Shown: positions 18,501 through 26,239, numbered from the stretch's first letter. The stretch is DNA of 64,000 nt from Chitinophagaceae bacterium (GCA_007695095.1 REEL01000107.1:961-64960), one strand, 5' to 3'. The notes: generated by a model from the sequence alone, not told the origin. A program made the numbers and translations.

Positions 18501-21089
18501 GATGGTAATACCGGTTTCACTACCGATTATAACTATGTAAATACACCTTACTCAGGTGGATACAATTCAGGAACAGGTTTATATCCTGAAGGAGCTTATG
18601 CTGTTGATGTGAATCCTAACTTCTACCACCCACAATTCCAGGGTAGTGATTTAACTACAGGAAGTGGCAAGTTTATGATTGTTAACGGTTCTCCTAATAT
18701 GGGCGACAAAGTATGGTGTCAGAATGTTAGTGTTGAGCCTAATACTTCTTATGAGTTAGAAGCTTATGTTTCTTCTCTTGTATCCAGCAACCCTGCAATT
18801 GTTTACTTTACTGTAAACAGTACAGCTGCTCTTCATTTACCGGTTACAGCTCCTTCTACTCAGAATAGCTGGATACCTTTCGGTGGTGAGTGGTATAGTG
18901 GAACTTCTACTACTGCAGAAGTGTGTATTTATAATGAAAACACTATTAAGTCAGGTAATGACTTTGGTTTAGATGAAATTTCTATGAAAGCTGTTTGTAC
19001 AGATACAGCTACTGTTGAAGTGGTTGTAAACCCTGTACCTGCTGTAACAGAAATCGCTTCTATTGCAAATGAGTGTCCTGCAGAAACTGCAGACTGGTCA
19101 TCAGTAACAGGCCCTAACGGTGAAGCATTTGCTAATGCTGTTGGTGTATTTGAAGATGAAGACCTTACAACTCCTGCAACTGACTTTACAACTGAATCAG
19201 GTACTTACTATATTACCTGGGACGATGAGTCTGAAGATAATTGTCGTGCAGTATACACTGTTGAAGTTACAATCACCGATTGTTCTTTAGTAGGTGAATG
19301 TTATGCAACAGAAGTTGTTGACTTCAATCAGGCTTTAAATAAAGATGGAAACCCTGTTTTAGGTATCAGAAGTGATCCTGATGCTGCTTTAGGTGCTCCT
19401 AACTCTCAGGCTGCTGTTACTAACGGAAACTGGGTTTCTCTTGGCTTCGGTGGTGACATAACTTTAAAGTTTGCAAACCCTATAGCTAACGGACCCGGAG
19501 ATGATATCAAAATTTGGGAAGTAACCGGAAGTGTAGGTTCACCATCATTAACAGATGCAACACCTTGTTCTACATACCCTGAATTTGCTGAAATTTCAGT
19601 TTCTCAGGATGGTTCAACTTGGTATGTAGTTGATACTTTATGCCGTACGGGTTCTGTTGATATTGATCCTCTACCATGGGTACAGTATGTTAGAATTGTT
19701 GATTTAAGTGATCCTAACGATTTTCCAAGTTCAGTAACTTCTGATGGATATGATGTTGATGCTATCGAATGTCTTAACGGACTATGGGTACCACCTTCAT
19801 TATCTTGTCAGGCTGATTCAGTGGTTAGTTATAATCAAGGACTAAACAAACTTGGTGGACCTGTATTAGCTGACAGAAGTGATCCTTTAGTAGTCTTAGA
19901 TCCTCCAACAGGAAATAATGCTCCGGGTGAGTTCTTCTCACTAGGGTTTGGCGGTGAAATCGTTGTTAAGTTTAACGATGGTATCAAAAATGAGCCCGGA
20001 CAAAATGATTTCAAAGTATATGAAACCAGTTTTGGAAACCCAAGCTGTAATCAGTATCCTGAGAAGATTGATGTTTTTGCATCTCAGGATGGTACTCCAT
20101 CTAGCTGGGTATACCTTGGACAAGGATGTTTAGATTCTGAATTTGATTTGGGACCTCTTCCTTGGGCTAAATATATCAAGTTAATTGATGTAAGTAACCC
20201 TAATGATTTCAGCAACGCTGTTAATTCTGATGGGTATGACTTAGAAGGATTTGAATGCTTAAGTGGTTCTCCGGATGATTTTGATGACAGATTCGGTGAG
20301 TCTTGTTTCGCTACTCAGGTTATTTCTTACAACCAAGGATTGCGTAACAATAATACTCCTGTAATTCCTGAAAGATCTGATGCTAGTGTAGCAACAGGTA
20401 TGCCTACAGGTAACAATGCTCCGGGTGAGTTCTTCTCACTAGGATTTGGTGGAGAAATTGTTCTTGGATTCGACTTTGTTGTATTCAATGAGCCGGGAGA
20501 GAATGACTTGTATGTAGTTGAAACTACTTTCGGATTCAACTGTAATCAATATCCTGAAACTGCAGAAGTATTCGGTTCTAAGAATGGTTCTGACTGGGTA
20601 TTCTTAGGTGAGATTTGTCATGATGGTTTTATCAATCTTGATAATGGCCCAATGGCATGGTTGAAGTATGTTAAAATAGTAGATACTTCTGATCCTAATG
20701 ATTTCAGTGGAACTGCTGATGGTTTCGACTTAGATGGAGTAATTTGTGCTTCATTAGTAAACCAGTTCAAAGAACAACAAGCTCAGTATTCAAGAGAAGA
20801 CTTGTTAAATGAAGGTTTAGAATTAGTTGAAAGCGGAAAAGCTTCAGCTTATCCAAATCCATTTAACAATCAATTCACTATAGAATATGTTCCTGCTATT
20901 CAGGATAAGCAGGTTGACATTCAGGTTGTTAATTTATTAGGTCAACCGGTTTATACAGAAGCAATTTCAATTGAAAATGCTGAAGTAATAAACAGAGAGA
21001 TTGACTTAAATAACATGGAAAGCGGTGTTTACATCGTTATCATCAAATCTGAGTCAGCAAATGAGCAAATAAGGCTTATTAAGAAATAA
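15504..21089 (+). CDS. giant multidomain secreted protein (SprB-type repeats, Cys-rich 33-aa repeats, CBM-like jelly roll, 4 copies of an unrecognised domain), T9SS type-A CTD
   Basis: The start is uncertain: TTG 15477, ATG 15504 or ATG 15534. The signal-like segment is 'FSLGLAIALGLSSLTLKTTAQ'. About five SprB-type repeats span 16233-17363 ('NGSIEIDITGGTAPYDINW...TDANGC'). A 'NLIQNGDFEDGNTGF...GLDEISM' region resembles CBM4/9-type modules. The CTD is 'AYPNPFNNQFTIEY...GVYIVIIKSESANEQIRLIKK'. Confidence 0.8.
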   Translation: MQSNLKCVYIMDTLVSTLKKRCWSWKNKFSLGLAIALGLSSLTLKTTAQDRCDDFSVAPGQVINNTCNQLNFPTNCYATEVIEYQPGLNNLGQPVIDVRRDSTKALGPPDYNNAQGVVNFVTLGFGGHIILKFENPILNGPGPDLLYVETTWGNNNNCALYPERAEVYASQDNVTYYYIGETCLDGVFDLDNAVDDMGNPVYLPNAQYFKILDISDPNDFSLSATSDGIEVDGLQCLNGTTVAMPDGDGSINLDVSGGNEPYIFQWSTGDQTIDLNDLGAGTFDVTVLDQIDANGLICTATASIEIMAPDPLEIHAVSVQNPTCPGVNNGSIEIDITGGTAPYDINWAGLTNVTSTALTNIGANDYTVIVTDANGCESFASFNLQDPAGNFFLDYDVTNASCLGQADGSIEVLSVGCIVSFTPPYTFSLGKPDGSVEVSADGLFENLPNGEYELMIEDANGNQDVAFVVVSADDFIDISIDEINHVTCFGGNDGSVSLNITGCAGNYNIDWNGVDPNALSAGTYTVEVTDADGNTSSLDYTINQADEIQVLLVQPGTSCSVNATVNFGVEPYTFEWTNIMDANFSASTKNLTNVTPGLYNLKVTDDNGCIKEQFISLMNCTPQQGPLDCLGVENGDAEVDDCGVCLAGGDTNPDWNTSCTDCAGIVNGTAVVDDCGDCIADGTANPDFNASCTDCAGIVNGTAVVDDCGDCIAGGTASADYNASCTDCAGDLFGNAIIDNCGDCVEGSTGLTACAADCNGDFGGTAFIDDCGVCAEGNTGLVANADQDDCGICNGNNEDQDCAGDCFGTAVVDDCGDCVGGSTGATACVIVDDLILTSMCSDDPATERRWRVRNNNSFDVSFDWSVVGTSQTGSAIAASGDNFFYTNTVSGPNTTIVSWVDGAGNAQQTVKASGGAQCPPPPTPVCDITASVDRDYIEICEGGSAQLEASGGDSYTWIPSAGLTDANIANPKASPSSTTTYQVIVEGLGGNLIQNGDFEDGNTGFTTDYNYVNTPYSGGYNSGTGLYPEGAYAVDVNPNFYHPQFQGSDLTTGSGKFMIVNGSPNMGDKVWCQNVSVEPNTSYELEAYVSSLVSSNPAIVYFTVNSTAALHLPVTAPSTQNSWIPFGGEWYSGTSTTAEVCIYNENTIKSGNDFGLDEISMKAVCTDTATVEVVVNPVPAVTEIASIANECPAETADWSSVTGPNGEAFANAVGVFEDEDLTTPATDFTTESGTYYITWDDESEDNCRAVYTVEVTITDCSLVGECYATEVVDFNQALNKDGNPVLGIRSDPDAALGAPNSQAAVTNGNWVSLGFGGDITLKFANPIANGPGDDIKIWEVTGSVGSPSLTDATPCSTYPEFAEISVSQDGSTWYVVDTLCRTGSVDIDPLPWVQYVRIVDLSDPNDFPSSVTSDGYDVDAIECLNGLWVPPSLSCQADSVVSYNQGLNKLGGPVLADRSDPLVVLDPPTGNNAPGEFFSLGFGGEIVVKFNDGIKNEPGQNDFKVYETSFGNPSCNQYPEKIDVFASQDGTPSSWVYLGQGCLDSEFDLGPLPWAKYIKLIDVSNPNDFSNAVNSDGYDLEGFECLSGSPDDFDDRFGESCFATQVISYNQGLRNNNTPVIPERSDASVATGMPTGNNAPGEFFSLGFGGEIVLGFDFVVFNEPGENDLYVVETTFGFNCNQYPETAEVFGSKNGSDWVFLGEICHDGFINLDNGPMAWLKYVKIVDTSDPNDFSGTADGFDLDGVICASLVNQFKEQQAQYSREDLLNEGLELVESGKASAYPNPFNNQFTIEYVPAIQDKQVDIQVVNLLGQPVYTEAISIENAEVINREIDLNNMESGVYIVIIKSESANEQIRLIKK
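15729..16220 (+). repeat. unrecognised ~160-aa Cys-bracketed domain, copy 1 (N-terminal)
   Basis: 'CYATEVIEYQPGLN...TLGFGGHIILKF..NGPGPD...CALYPERAEVYASQD...ILDISDPNDF..SDGIEVDGLQCLNG'. Confidence 0.7.
17385..17990 (+). repeat. 99-bp-period (33-aa) Cys-rich tandem repeat, ~6.5 units, inside the giant CDS
   Basis: The units follow the pattern 'C(T)DCAG..(N)G.A..DDCG.C..G'. Units at 17475 and 17574 differ at 9 of 99 nt. They share a perfect 55-nt direct repeat (17473-17527 = 17572-17626), and a third unit at 17671 shares 23 nt. Confidence 0.9.
19299..20750 (+). repeat. unrecognised ~155-160-aa Cys-bracketed domain, copies 2-4 in tandem
   Basis: Copies lie at 19299-19781, 19806-20267 and 20304-20750. 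Each runs from 'C(Y/Q/F)A..V(V/I).(F/Y)NQ(A/G)L' through 'SLGFGG(D/E)I', 'N(G/E)PG', 'YPE', 'SQDG/SKNG' and 'DPNDF' to 'DG(Y/F)D(V/L)(D/E)(A/G)..C'. Confidence 0.75.
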
Positions 21090-21106
21090 ACCTTAAGTTC
21101 ATAAAC

Positions 21107-21145
21107 TTAAAAGGGGCTGTATTTTAGAATACAGCCCCTTTTTTT
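21107..21145. terminator. bidirectional rho-independent terminator between convergent genes
   Basis: 'TTAAAA-GGGGCTGTATT-TTAG-AATACAGCCCC-TTTTTTT' forms an 11-bp perfect stem with a 4-nt loop. The A-tract and T-tract flanks make it usable on both strands. Confidence 0.85.
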
Positions 21146-21194
21146 ATTTGTAAACAATGGTAAGATTAGATGATTGAGGATCAGGGATAAAACT

Positions 21195-21866
21195 TTAGTA
21201 AAAGCTTTTATTCTTCAAATAGTAAGATTTTAACAAAGGACAGATTTTATACCGCTCATCAGCGGTATCTTCATATAGTCTCGATAAAGTGGTGTAAACT
21301 TGTTCAATTCCAATTTTATCGGACCATTCAAGAGGTCCCATGGGGTAGCCGGTACCTAATTTCATGCCTTTGTCAATGTCAGCTATAGACGCAGTACCTT
21401 CTTGCAAAGTAAAACACGCCTCGTTTATAATCATAAATAATACTCTTGGAGTGACCATTCCCACCCTGTCTTCTACCAGACAGTAATTCCAGTTTAGTTT
21501 AGCAGCAAGTTTTTTTAAGATATCTTCATCTTCTTTTTCTAAAAGTGAAAACTCTAAAACCGGTCTGTCCATGAAAGTTGGAAGTGTATTCATTCCAATA
21601 AGCTTGCACTGTATTTCACCATGAAAATCTTTCTGTATTTGCGCAAGCTGTTTTCTCACAGCACCAACAAATATTACTTTATCTTGCATGGGAGCATAAT
21701 ATTGCAAATTGTCTTCTTTTTCATCAAATTGGAGATCAAATATTAAATCGTACTTTCCTAAAATAGAGTCATTGACCAGTATTCGGTGATCTACATTAAA
21801 CTCCTCAGGAATTTTTTTTCTTAATTCACTTGCAGAAACTTTTTCACCTATGATTAAAATATTCAT
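21195..21866 (-). CDS. 3-hydroxyacyl-CoA dehydrogenase-family protein with degenerate N-terminal (NAD) half
   Basis: The C-terminal half matches the 3HCDH_C pattern ('VGMVTPRVLFMIINEACFTLQEG..ADIDKGMKLGTGYPMGPLEWSDKIG'). The N-terminus reads 'ILIIGEKVSA' instead of GxGxxG, and I see no 'HFFNP'-type catalytic His motif. Confidence 0.6.
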   Translation of the reverse strand: MNILIIGEKVSASELRKKIPEEFNVDHRILVNDSILGKYDLIFDLQFDEKEDNLQYYAPMQDKVIFVGAVRKQLAQIQKDFHGEIQCKLIGMNTLPTFMDRPVLEFSLLEKEDEDILKKLAAKLNWNYCLVEDRVGMVTPRVLFMIINEACFTLQEGTASIADIDKGMKLGTGYPMGPLEWSDKIGIEQVYTTLSRLYEDTADERYKICPLLKSYYLKNKSFY

Positions 21867-21978
21867 TATCTGATTTTTCTTTTTAAATTTATGATTGGAT
21901 ATGACAAAACTAAAAACTCTTTTTTAAAAAGTAGTTTAAATTTTATAAACACCATTTATTTTTTACATAATCTTTAAC

Positions 21979-22353
21979 ATGAAAATAATTAAAACCGATA
22001 AAGCTCCCTTACCAATAGGGTCATACAGCCAGGCTGTTGTACATGCTGACACTGTTTTTGTCTCCGGGCAAATTGCAATTAATCCGGAAACAAATGAATT
22101 GATGACAGATAATATTGAAATAGAAACAAAAACCGTACTGAATAACTTAAAAGCAGTACTGGAAGCATCCGGAAGCTCTCTGGATAAAGTTATAAAATGC
22201 TCTGTTTTTTTATCTGATATGGAGCTGTTTGCTAGTGTAAATGAAGTTTACAGTCAATTTTTTGTAAATCATAAGCCTGCAAGGGAGGCGATTGCCGTAA
22301 AAGCATTACCAAAATATGTAAACGTTGAAATTTCTGCTATTGCAGCGGTTTAA
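21979..22353 (+). CDS. ridA: RidA/YjgF-family reactive-intermediate deaminase
   Basis: 124 aa with 'APLPIGSYSQAV..DTVFVSGQI' and a C-terminal 'PAREAIAVKALPKYVNVEI'. Confidence 0.9.
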   Translation: MKIIKTDKAPLPIGSYSQAVVHADTVFVSGQIAINPETNELMTDNIEIETKTVLNNLKAVLEASGSSLDKVIKCSVFLSDMELFASVNEVYSQFFVNHKPAREAIAVKALPKYVNVEISAIAAV

Positions 22354-22359
22354 ATAAAA

Positions 22360-22947
22360 TCATTTTTTGCTAATCCACGGGCTGTCTTTAATATAAAACC
22401 TCCAGGGGAGCAGCGCATGATTTTCAGCATAATCTATTCCTATTCTTTTAGATGAAACAATTGAAAAGTTATTATCAGGCATGTTTTCAATTGTTATAAT
22501 CCCTTTATTTACTTCAGTACCATTGTGCAAATTGTTAACTCCCAGAGCTTTTGTTAACTTTCCGGGCCCGGAACCCAGATTGTGTAAGTTATTTGTATTT
22601 CTACGCCTCACCATTTTATCTACACCTTCAATTGGCTGTATGGCTCTGATAAGAACAGCATCCGGAATTCCTTTTTTGTTGGTAACAATATTGAGAAGGT
22701 AATGGATTCCATAACAAAGATAAACATAGACGGTGCCTCCGGGTTCATACATTACAGTAGTCTTTTTTGTAAACCGGTTTTGATAGGCGTGGCAAGCTTT
22801 GTCGAAAACACCATTATAGGCTTCTGTTTCTACAATTATTCCTGAGCAAAATTCTTTATTAATATTAGTAGATATCTTTTTGCCTAAAAGATTACGGGCA
22901 ATTTGAACTACATCTTCACCTTGAAAAAAAGAAAAGTCGGTTTGCAC
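22360..22947 (-). CDS. mpg: DNA-3-methyladenine glycosylase (Mpg/AAG family)
   Basis: 195 aa with 'VQIARNLLGKKI', 'GIIVETEAYNG..DKACHAY', 'VYLCYGIHYLLNIV', 'AVLIRAIQPIEG' and 'GPGKLTKALG'. It has a GTG start that overlaps the upstream stop. Confidence 0.9.
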   Translation of the reverse strand: MQTDFSFFQGEDVVQIARNLLGKKISTNINKEFCSGIIVETEAYNGVFDKACHAYQNRFTKKTTVMYEPGGTVYVYLCYGIHYLLNIVTNKKGIPDAVLIRAIQPIEGVDKMVRRRNTNNLHNLGSGPGKLTKALGVNNLHNGTEVNKGIITIENMPDNNFSIVSSKRIGIDYAENHALLPWRFYIKDSPWISKK

Positions 22948-23456
22948 TATAAGTTAGGGTTCTTTCTTACATATGAAAATCTTGATTCAGGTTGAACTAC
23001 ATAAATAAATTCAACATCCTCTTTTATGTGACAACTATTACAGGCTGCAATAAATAATTTCATCTGATGGTCAAAGTTTTCGGCATTTTTGCTTTCTAAA
23101 ACTTTTTGTAATTGTGGAATTGATGTATTTAAAAAATCCTCTGAAGAAGTTGCTCTTCCGGGTCTTCTGGTTATTCCATATTCAATAGCTTCTTCCAAAT
23201 GTTCAAGTTGATAGATTGCATATTCCCAGTTTTCATCTATCCCTGCCCAGTACAATTCCCCAAACCTGTAGTTAACCTCTTTCATAGCAGCAGAAAACCC
23301 TCCAAGATGGTTTGTTATTTCATCAAACTTTTCAAGAGTACTGCCTTTTAACCAGCCTCCACTGCCTACGGCTTCACTCTCATTATTATTTTCAATTGAA
23401 CTACAAGCGTAGAAACTGACTGAAATGCTTATTATAACAAAGTATATTATTTTCAT
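22947..23456 (-). CDS. lipoprotein with C-terminal CxxCH haem-c motif (class II cytochrome c-like, tentative)
   Basis: It has the lipobox 'VSFYACSS', predicted helical content and a single 'CNSCH' about 30 aa from the C-terminus, the position seen in four-helix-bundle cytochromes c'/c556. The assignment is by motif only. Confidence 0.4.
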   Translation of the reverse strand: MKIIYFVIISISVSFYACSSIENNNESEAVGSGGWLKGSTLEKFDEITNHLGGFSAAMKEVNYRFGELYWAGIDENWEYAIYQLEHLEEAIEYGITRRPGRATSSEDFLNTSIPQLQKVLESKNAENFDHQMKLFIAACNSCHIKEDVEFIYVVQPESRFSYVRKNPNL

Positions 23457-23576
23457 ATTGAAGATGTAATTAAATTTAAAGATGACAAAGTATAACCTTT
23501 TTATTTGAATTACGTAAAGTTAAGAAATTGCTTTGAAACTTTATTTGAATTTCAAAATGCGAAAAAAAATAACCGT

Positions 23577-24203
23577 ATGTTAAAATATATATTGATCTTT
23601 TTAATGATTGCTGTAACTTATGATTTAAAGGCAAGCGAACAAGTAGATGAACCGGATGATATTCCAGACTATATACCTCATACACTCCCAAATTATAATA
23701 GAGCAGGTTCTTTTTCGGCTCATCTTAATACTTTTTTCTTTTCTGAACCCAATACGATTAGTGTACCTGCTGCTTTAAGATTGTCTTATTCACCGGTGAA
23801 TAACTTTAGTATTGGCTTAATGGCGGTTCATTATAAGTTTAAGCAAACGATTTCTACCGAAAATGGAACTCGTTTTTATGATGATGTTGTTTACAGACAT
23901 TTTTTTTATGGCATAAATGGTCAGCTTTTTATCACTGATTTTTTGCATACACATCTTGGATTAAAAATTCATCCGGACTATTTCAATATTTATCTTAATG
24001 GATTTACGGGATATGGCACAGCAAATGCAATTAGCGGTGGTGACCCGGATACTGATTTTGTGAAAAGGGGTTCTAAGTTTGGTTATGGAATGTCTTTAGG
24101 CTTCAGAAGTTTGTTTACAGATACTATTGGCTTTTTTGCTGAAGCCGGATATTCAGATTATGGATATCTTAAAGCAGGAGTGAGTTTTTTAATTATTAAG
24201 TAG
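23577..24203 (+). CDS. outer-membrane beta-barrel protein (hypothetical)
   Basis: I place the start at ATG 23577, which gives the signal peptide 'MLKYILIFLMIAVTYDLKA'. It has alternating beta-strand patterning and the terminal 'GVSFLIIK'. The track's upstream start adds 24 aa of non-signal sequence. Confidence 0.55.
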   Translation: MLKYILIFLMIAVTYDLKASEQVDEPDDIPDYIPHTLPNYNRAGSFSAHLNTFFFSEPNTISVPAALRLSYSPVNNFSIGLMAVHYKFKQTISTENGTRFYDDVVYRHFFYGINGQLFITDFLHTHLGLKIHPDYFNIYLNGFTGYGTANAISGGDPDTDFVKRGSKFGYGMSLGFRSLFTDTIGFFAEAGYSDYGYLKAGVSFLIIK

Positions 24204-24999
24204 TTTTTTTACTTCTTTTATTACTCAAATGCTTCAGACGAATAACTTCTTTATCTTCCAAATATCTCCATTTTCCCCGGCTAAGATTTTTTTTTGTTAA
24301 ACCGGCAAATAAGGCTCTGTCTAATTTTACAACTTCATAATTTAAATGTTTGAAGATTCTCTTTACAATGTGATTTCTGCCTTCATGTAAAGAAATTCCC
24401 ACTACTTTTTTATCTTTTTCATCAGGGAAAGCAAGTTCATTTACAAATACAGGCCCGTCTTCAAGGGTAAGGCCGGCAAGAATTTTTTCAAAATCCTGAA
24501 TATTTAATGGCTTATCAAGTGTAGCCATATATACTTTTTCAATTTCGTGAGAGGGATGAGTAAGCTTAAAAGTCAACTCACCATCATTGGTTATCAATAA
24601 GACTCCGGTTGTATTTCTGTCTAATCTGCCAACCGGGAATACTCTGTATTGGGTAGCTCCGGCTATATAATCTAAAACAGTACGTCTTTCTTTTTCATCT
24701 TCTACAGTGGTAATACAGTTTTTGGGTTTATTAAGTAATATGTAAACATATCTTTCAGGTTTAACTAGCTTCCCCTGATAAATTACTTTGTCATTTGGCT
24801 TTACTTTGTGCCCCATTTCCTTTACAACAACTCCATTAACTTTAACTTTTCCGGACTGAATAATTTCATCAGCTTTACGACGGGAAGCAATACCTGCATT
24901 CGAAAGATATTTGTTTAATCTCATTTCTTCAAATTCTGATGAATCTTTCAAATGAATAGAATCAATTTTTTGATTTTTCTGACTTTCCCTTTTCTTCAT
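24196..24999 (-). CDS. pseudouridine synthase, RsuA/RluB family, with S4 domain
   Basis: S4 motif 'MRLNKYLSNAGIASRRKADEII' and catalytic 'VGRLDRNTTGVLLITNDGEL'. I place the start at ATG 24999; the track's extension to 25128 would overlap thiL by 124 nt. Confidence 0.88.
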   Translation of the reverse strand: MKKRESQKNQKIDSIHLKDSSEFEEMRLNKYLSNAGIASRRKADEIIQSGKVKVNGVVVKEMGHKVKPNDKVIYQGKLVKPERYVYILLNKPKNCITTVEDEKERRTVLDYIAGATQYRVFPVGRLDRNTTGVLLITNDGELTFKLTHPSHEIEKVYMATLDKPLNIQDFEKILAGLTLEDGPVFVNELAFPDEKDKKVVGISLHEGRNHIVKRIFKHLNYEVVKLDRALFAGLTKKNLSRGKWRYLEDKEVIRLKHLSNKRSKKTT

Positions 25000-25004
25000 A
25001 ATAA

Positions 25005-26069
25005 TTAATTTTCTCTTTGCTGTTTTTGAAATGCATTCCACCCCTGAGCGGTTAAAGGATAATGATTGCCGGACTCGGTTACTATTACGGTTTTTTCTTT
25101 GGCAGCAGTTATATGACCCACAACACAAACGTCAGTTAAATTTTTAATCTTGTCATAATCTTTTTGGTCTACCGTAAACAAAAGCTCATAATCTTCTCCG
25201 CCACTTAAAGCAGCTGTTACCGGTGAAATATTAAATTCACTAGCTAAGGAAATAGTATCATTATGTAGCGGTATATGCTCTTCATATATCCTGGCTCCAC
25301 ATCCTGAAGATTCTGTGATATGAAGCATTTCAGAAGACAAACCATCGGAAATGTCAATCATTGATGTCGGAAGTATGTTGTTTTTCTTTAAAGATTGAAT
25401 CACATCTTTGCGCGCTTCCGGTTTTAATTGTCTGCCAACACAGTATGTGTGTTCTGTTAATTCAGGTTGCATTTTTGGATTATCCAGAAAAACTTGTTTT
25501 TCCCTTTCAAGTAGCTGAATCCCTAAATAAGCTGCTCCTAAATCTCCGGAAACGCATATTAAATCATGTTCTTTAGCACCTGAGCGATAGACAATCTCAT
25601 CTGCCGGAGCTCTTCCAATTGCGGTTATACTTATCATTAATCCACTTGGAGAGGTGGTTGTATCGCCCCCTACTAAATCAACTCCATACTTTTCGCATGC
25701 TAATTGAATGCCACTATACAATTCTTCCAAGGCTTCTACAGAAAATCGATTAGAAATAGCAATAGAAACCAATATTTGTTCAGGTTCTGCATTCATAGCA
25801 TAGATGTCAGACAGATTTACAATCACAGACTTATATCCTAAATGTTTTAAAGGCATGTACATTAAGTCAAAATGCACCCCTTCTATAAGCAAATCAGTAG
25901 AATGGAGGCTAAATTGAAAATTCGTATCAATGACGGCAGCATCATCACCTATGGCTTTAATTGTTGAAGTATTTTCAATATTAAATTGTGAAGTCAGATG
26001 CTTTATCAATCCAAATTCTCCTAAGCTGGAAACTTCAGTTCTATTTGTATCGTGATTTTTTTTTGACAT
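25005..26069 (-). CDS. thiL: thiamine-monophosphate kinase
   Basis: 354 aa AIR-synthase-like fold with 'GEFGLI', 'IGDDAAVI', 'HFDL', 'VGGDTT' and 'SGGEDYELLFT'. Confidence 0.9.
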   Translation of the reverse strand: MSKKNHDTNRTEVSSLGEFGLIKHLTSQFNIENTSTIKAIGDDAAVIDTNFQFSLHSTDLLIEGVHFDLMYMPLKHLGYKSVIVNLSDIYAMNAEPEQILVSIAISNRFSVEALEELYSGIQLACEKYGVDLVGGDTTTSPSGLMISITAIGRAPADEIVYRSGAKEHDLICVSGDLGAAYLGIQLLEREKQVFLDNPKMQPELTEHTYCVGRQLKPEARKDVIQSLKKNNILPTSMIDISDGLSSEMLHITESSGCGARIYEEHIPLHNDTISLASEFNISPVTAALSGGEDYELLFTVDQKDYDKIKNLTDVCVVGHITAAKEKTVIVTESGNHYPLTAQGWNAFQKQQREN

Positions 26070-26197
26070 TTTTTCTGTATTTCATTACAAATTTACGGAG
26101 AATTTTAACCATTATGTAAAAAGCTTTTTAATATAGCATTGAATTTGAAAAAGAATTACTTTTAAAGTCAGACCTAAGACTTTTGATTTTTTTAGGT

Positions 26198-26205
26198 TAA
26201 ATTTG
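26198..26205 (+). promoter_or_regulatory. candidate -7 box (TAnnTTTG) upstream of the TonB-C gene
   Basis: 'TAAATTTG' lies 35 nt upstream of ATG 26240. The nearest upstream TTTG is only 12 nt away, so no canonical -33 is present. Confidence 0.25.
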
Positions 26206-26239
26206 TTTTTACAAACGATTAATCAGTAAATTATCTGTT

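Noticed and set aside
24999-25128. Track-predicted N-terminal extension of the pseudouridine synthase (MCCGSYNCCQRKNRNS...), overlapping thiL by 124 nt.
   Set aside because: The extension is Cys/Arg/Asn-rich non-homologous sequence. ATG 24999 starts just before the S4 domain and removes the overlap, leaving a 5-nt gap to thiL.
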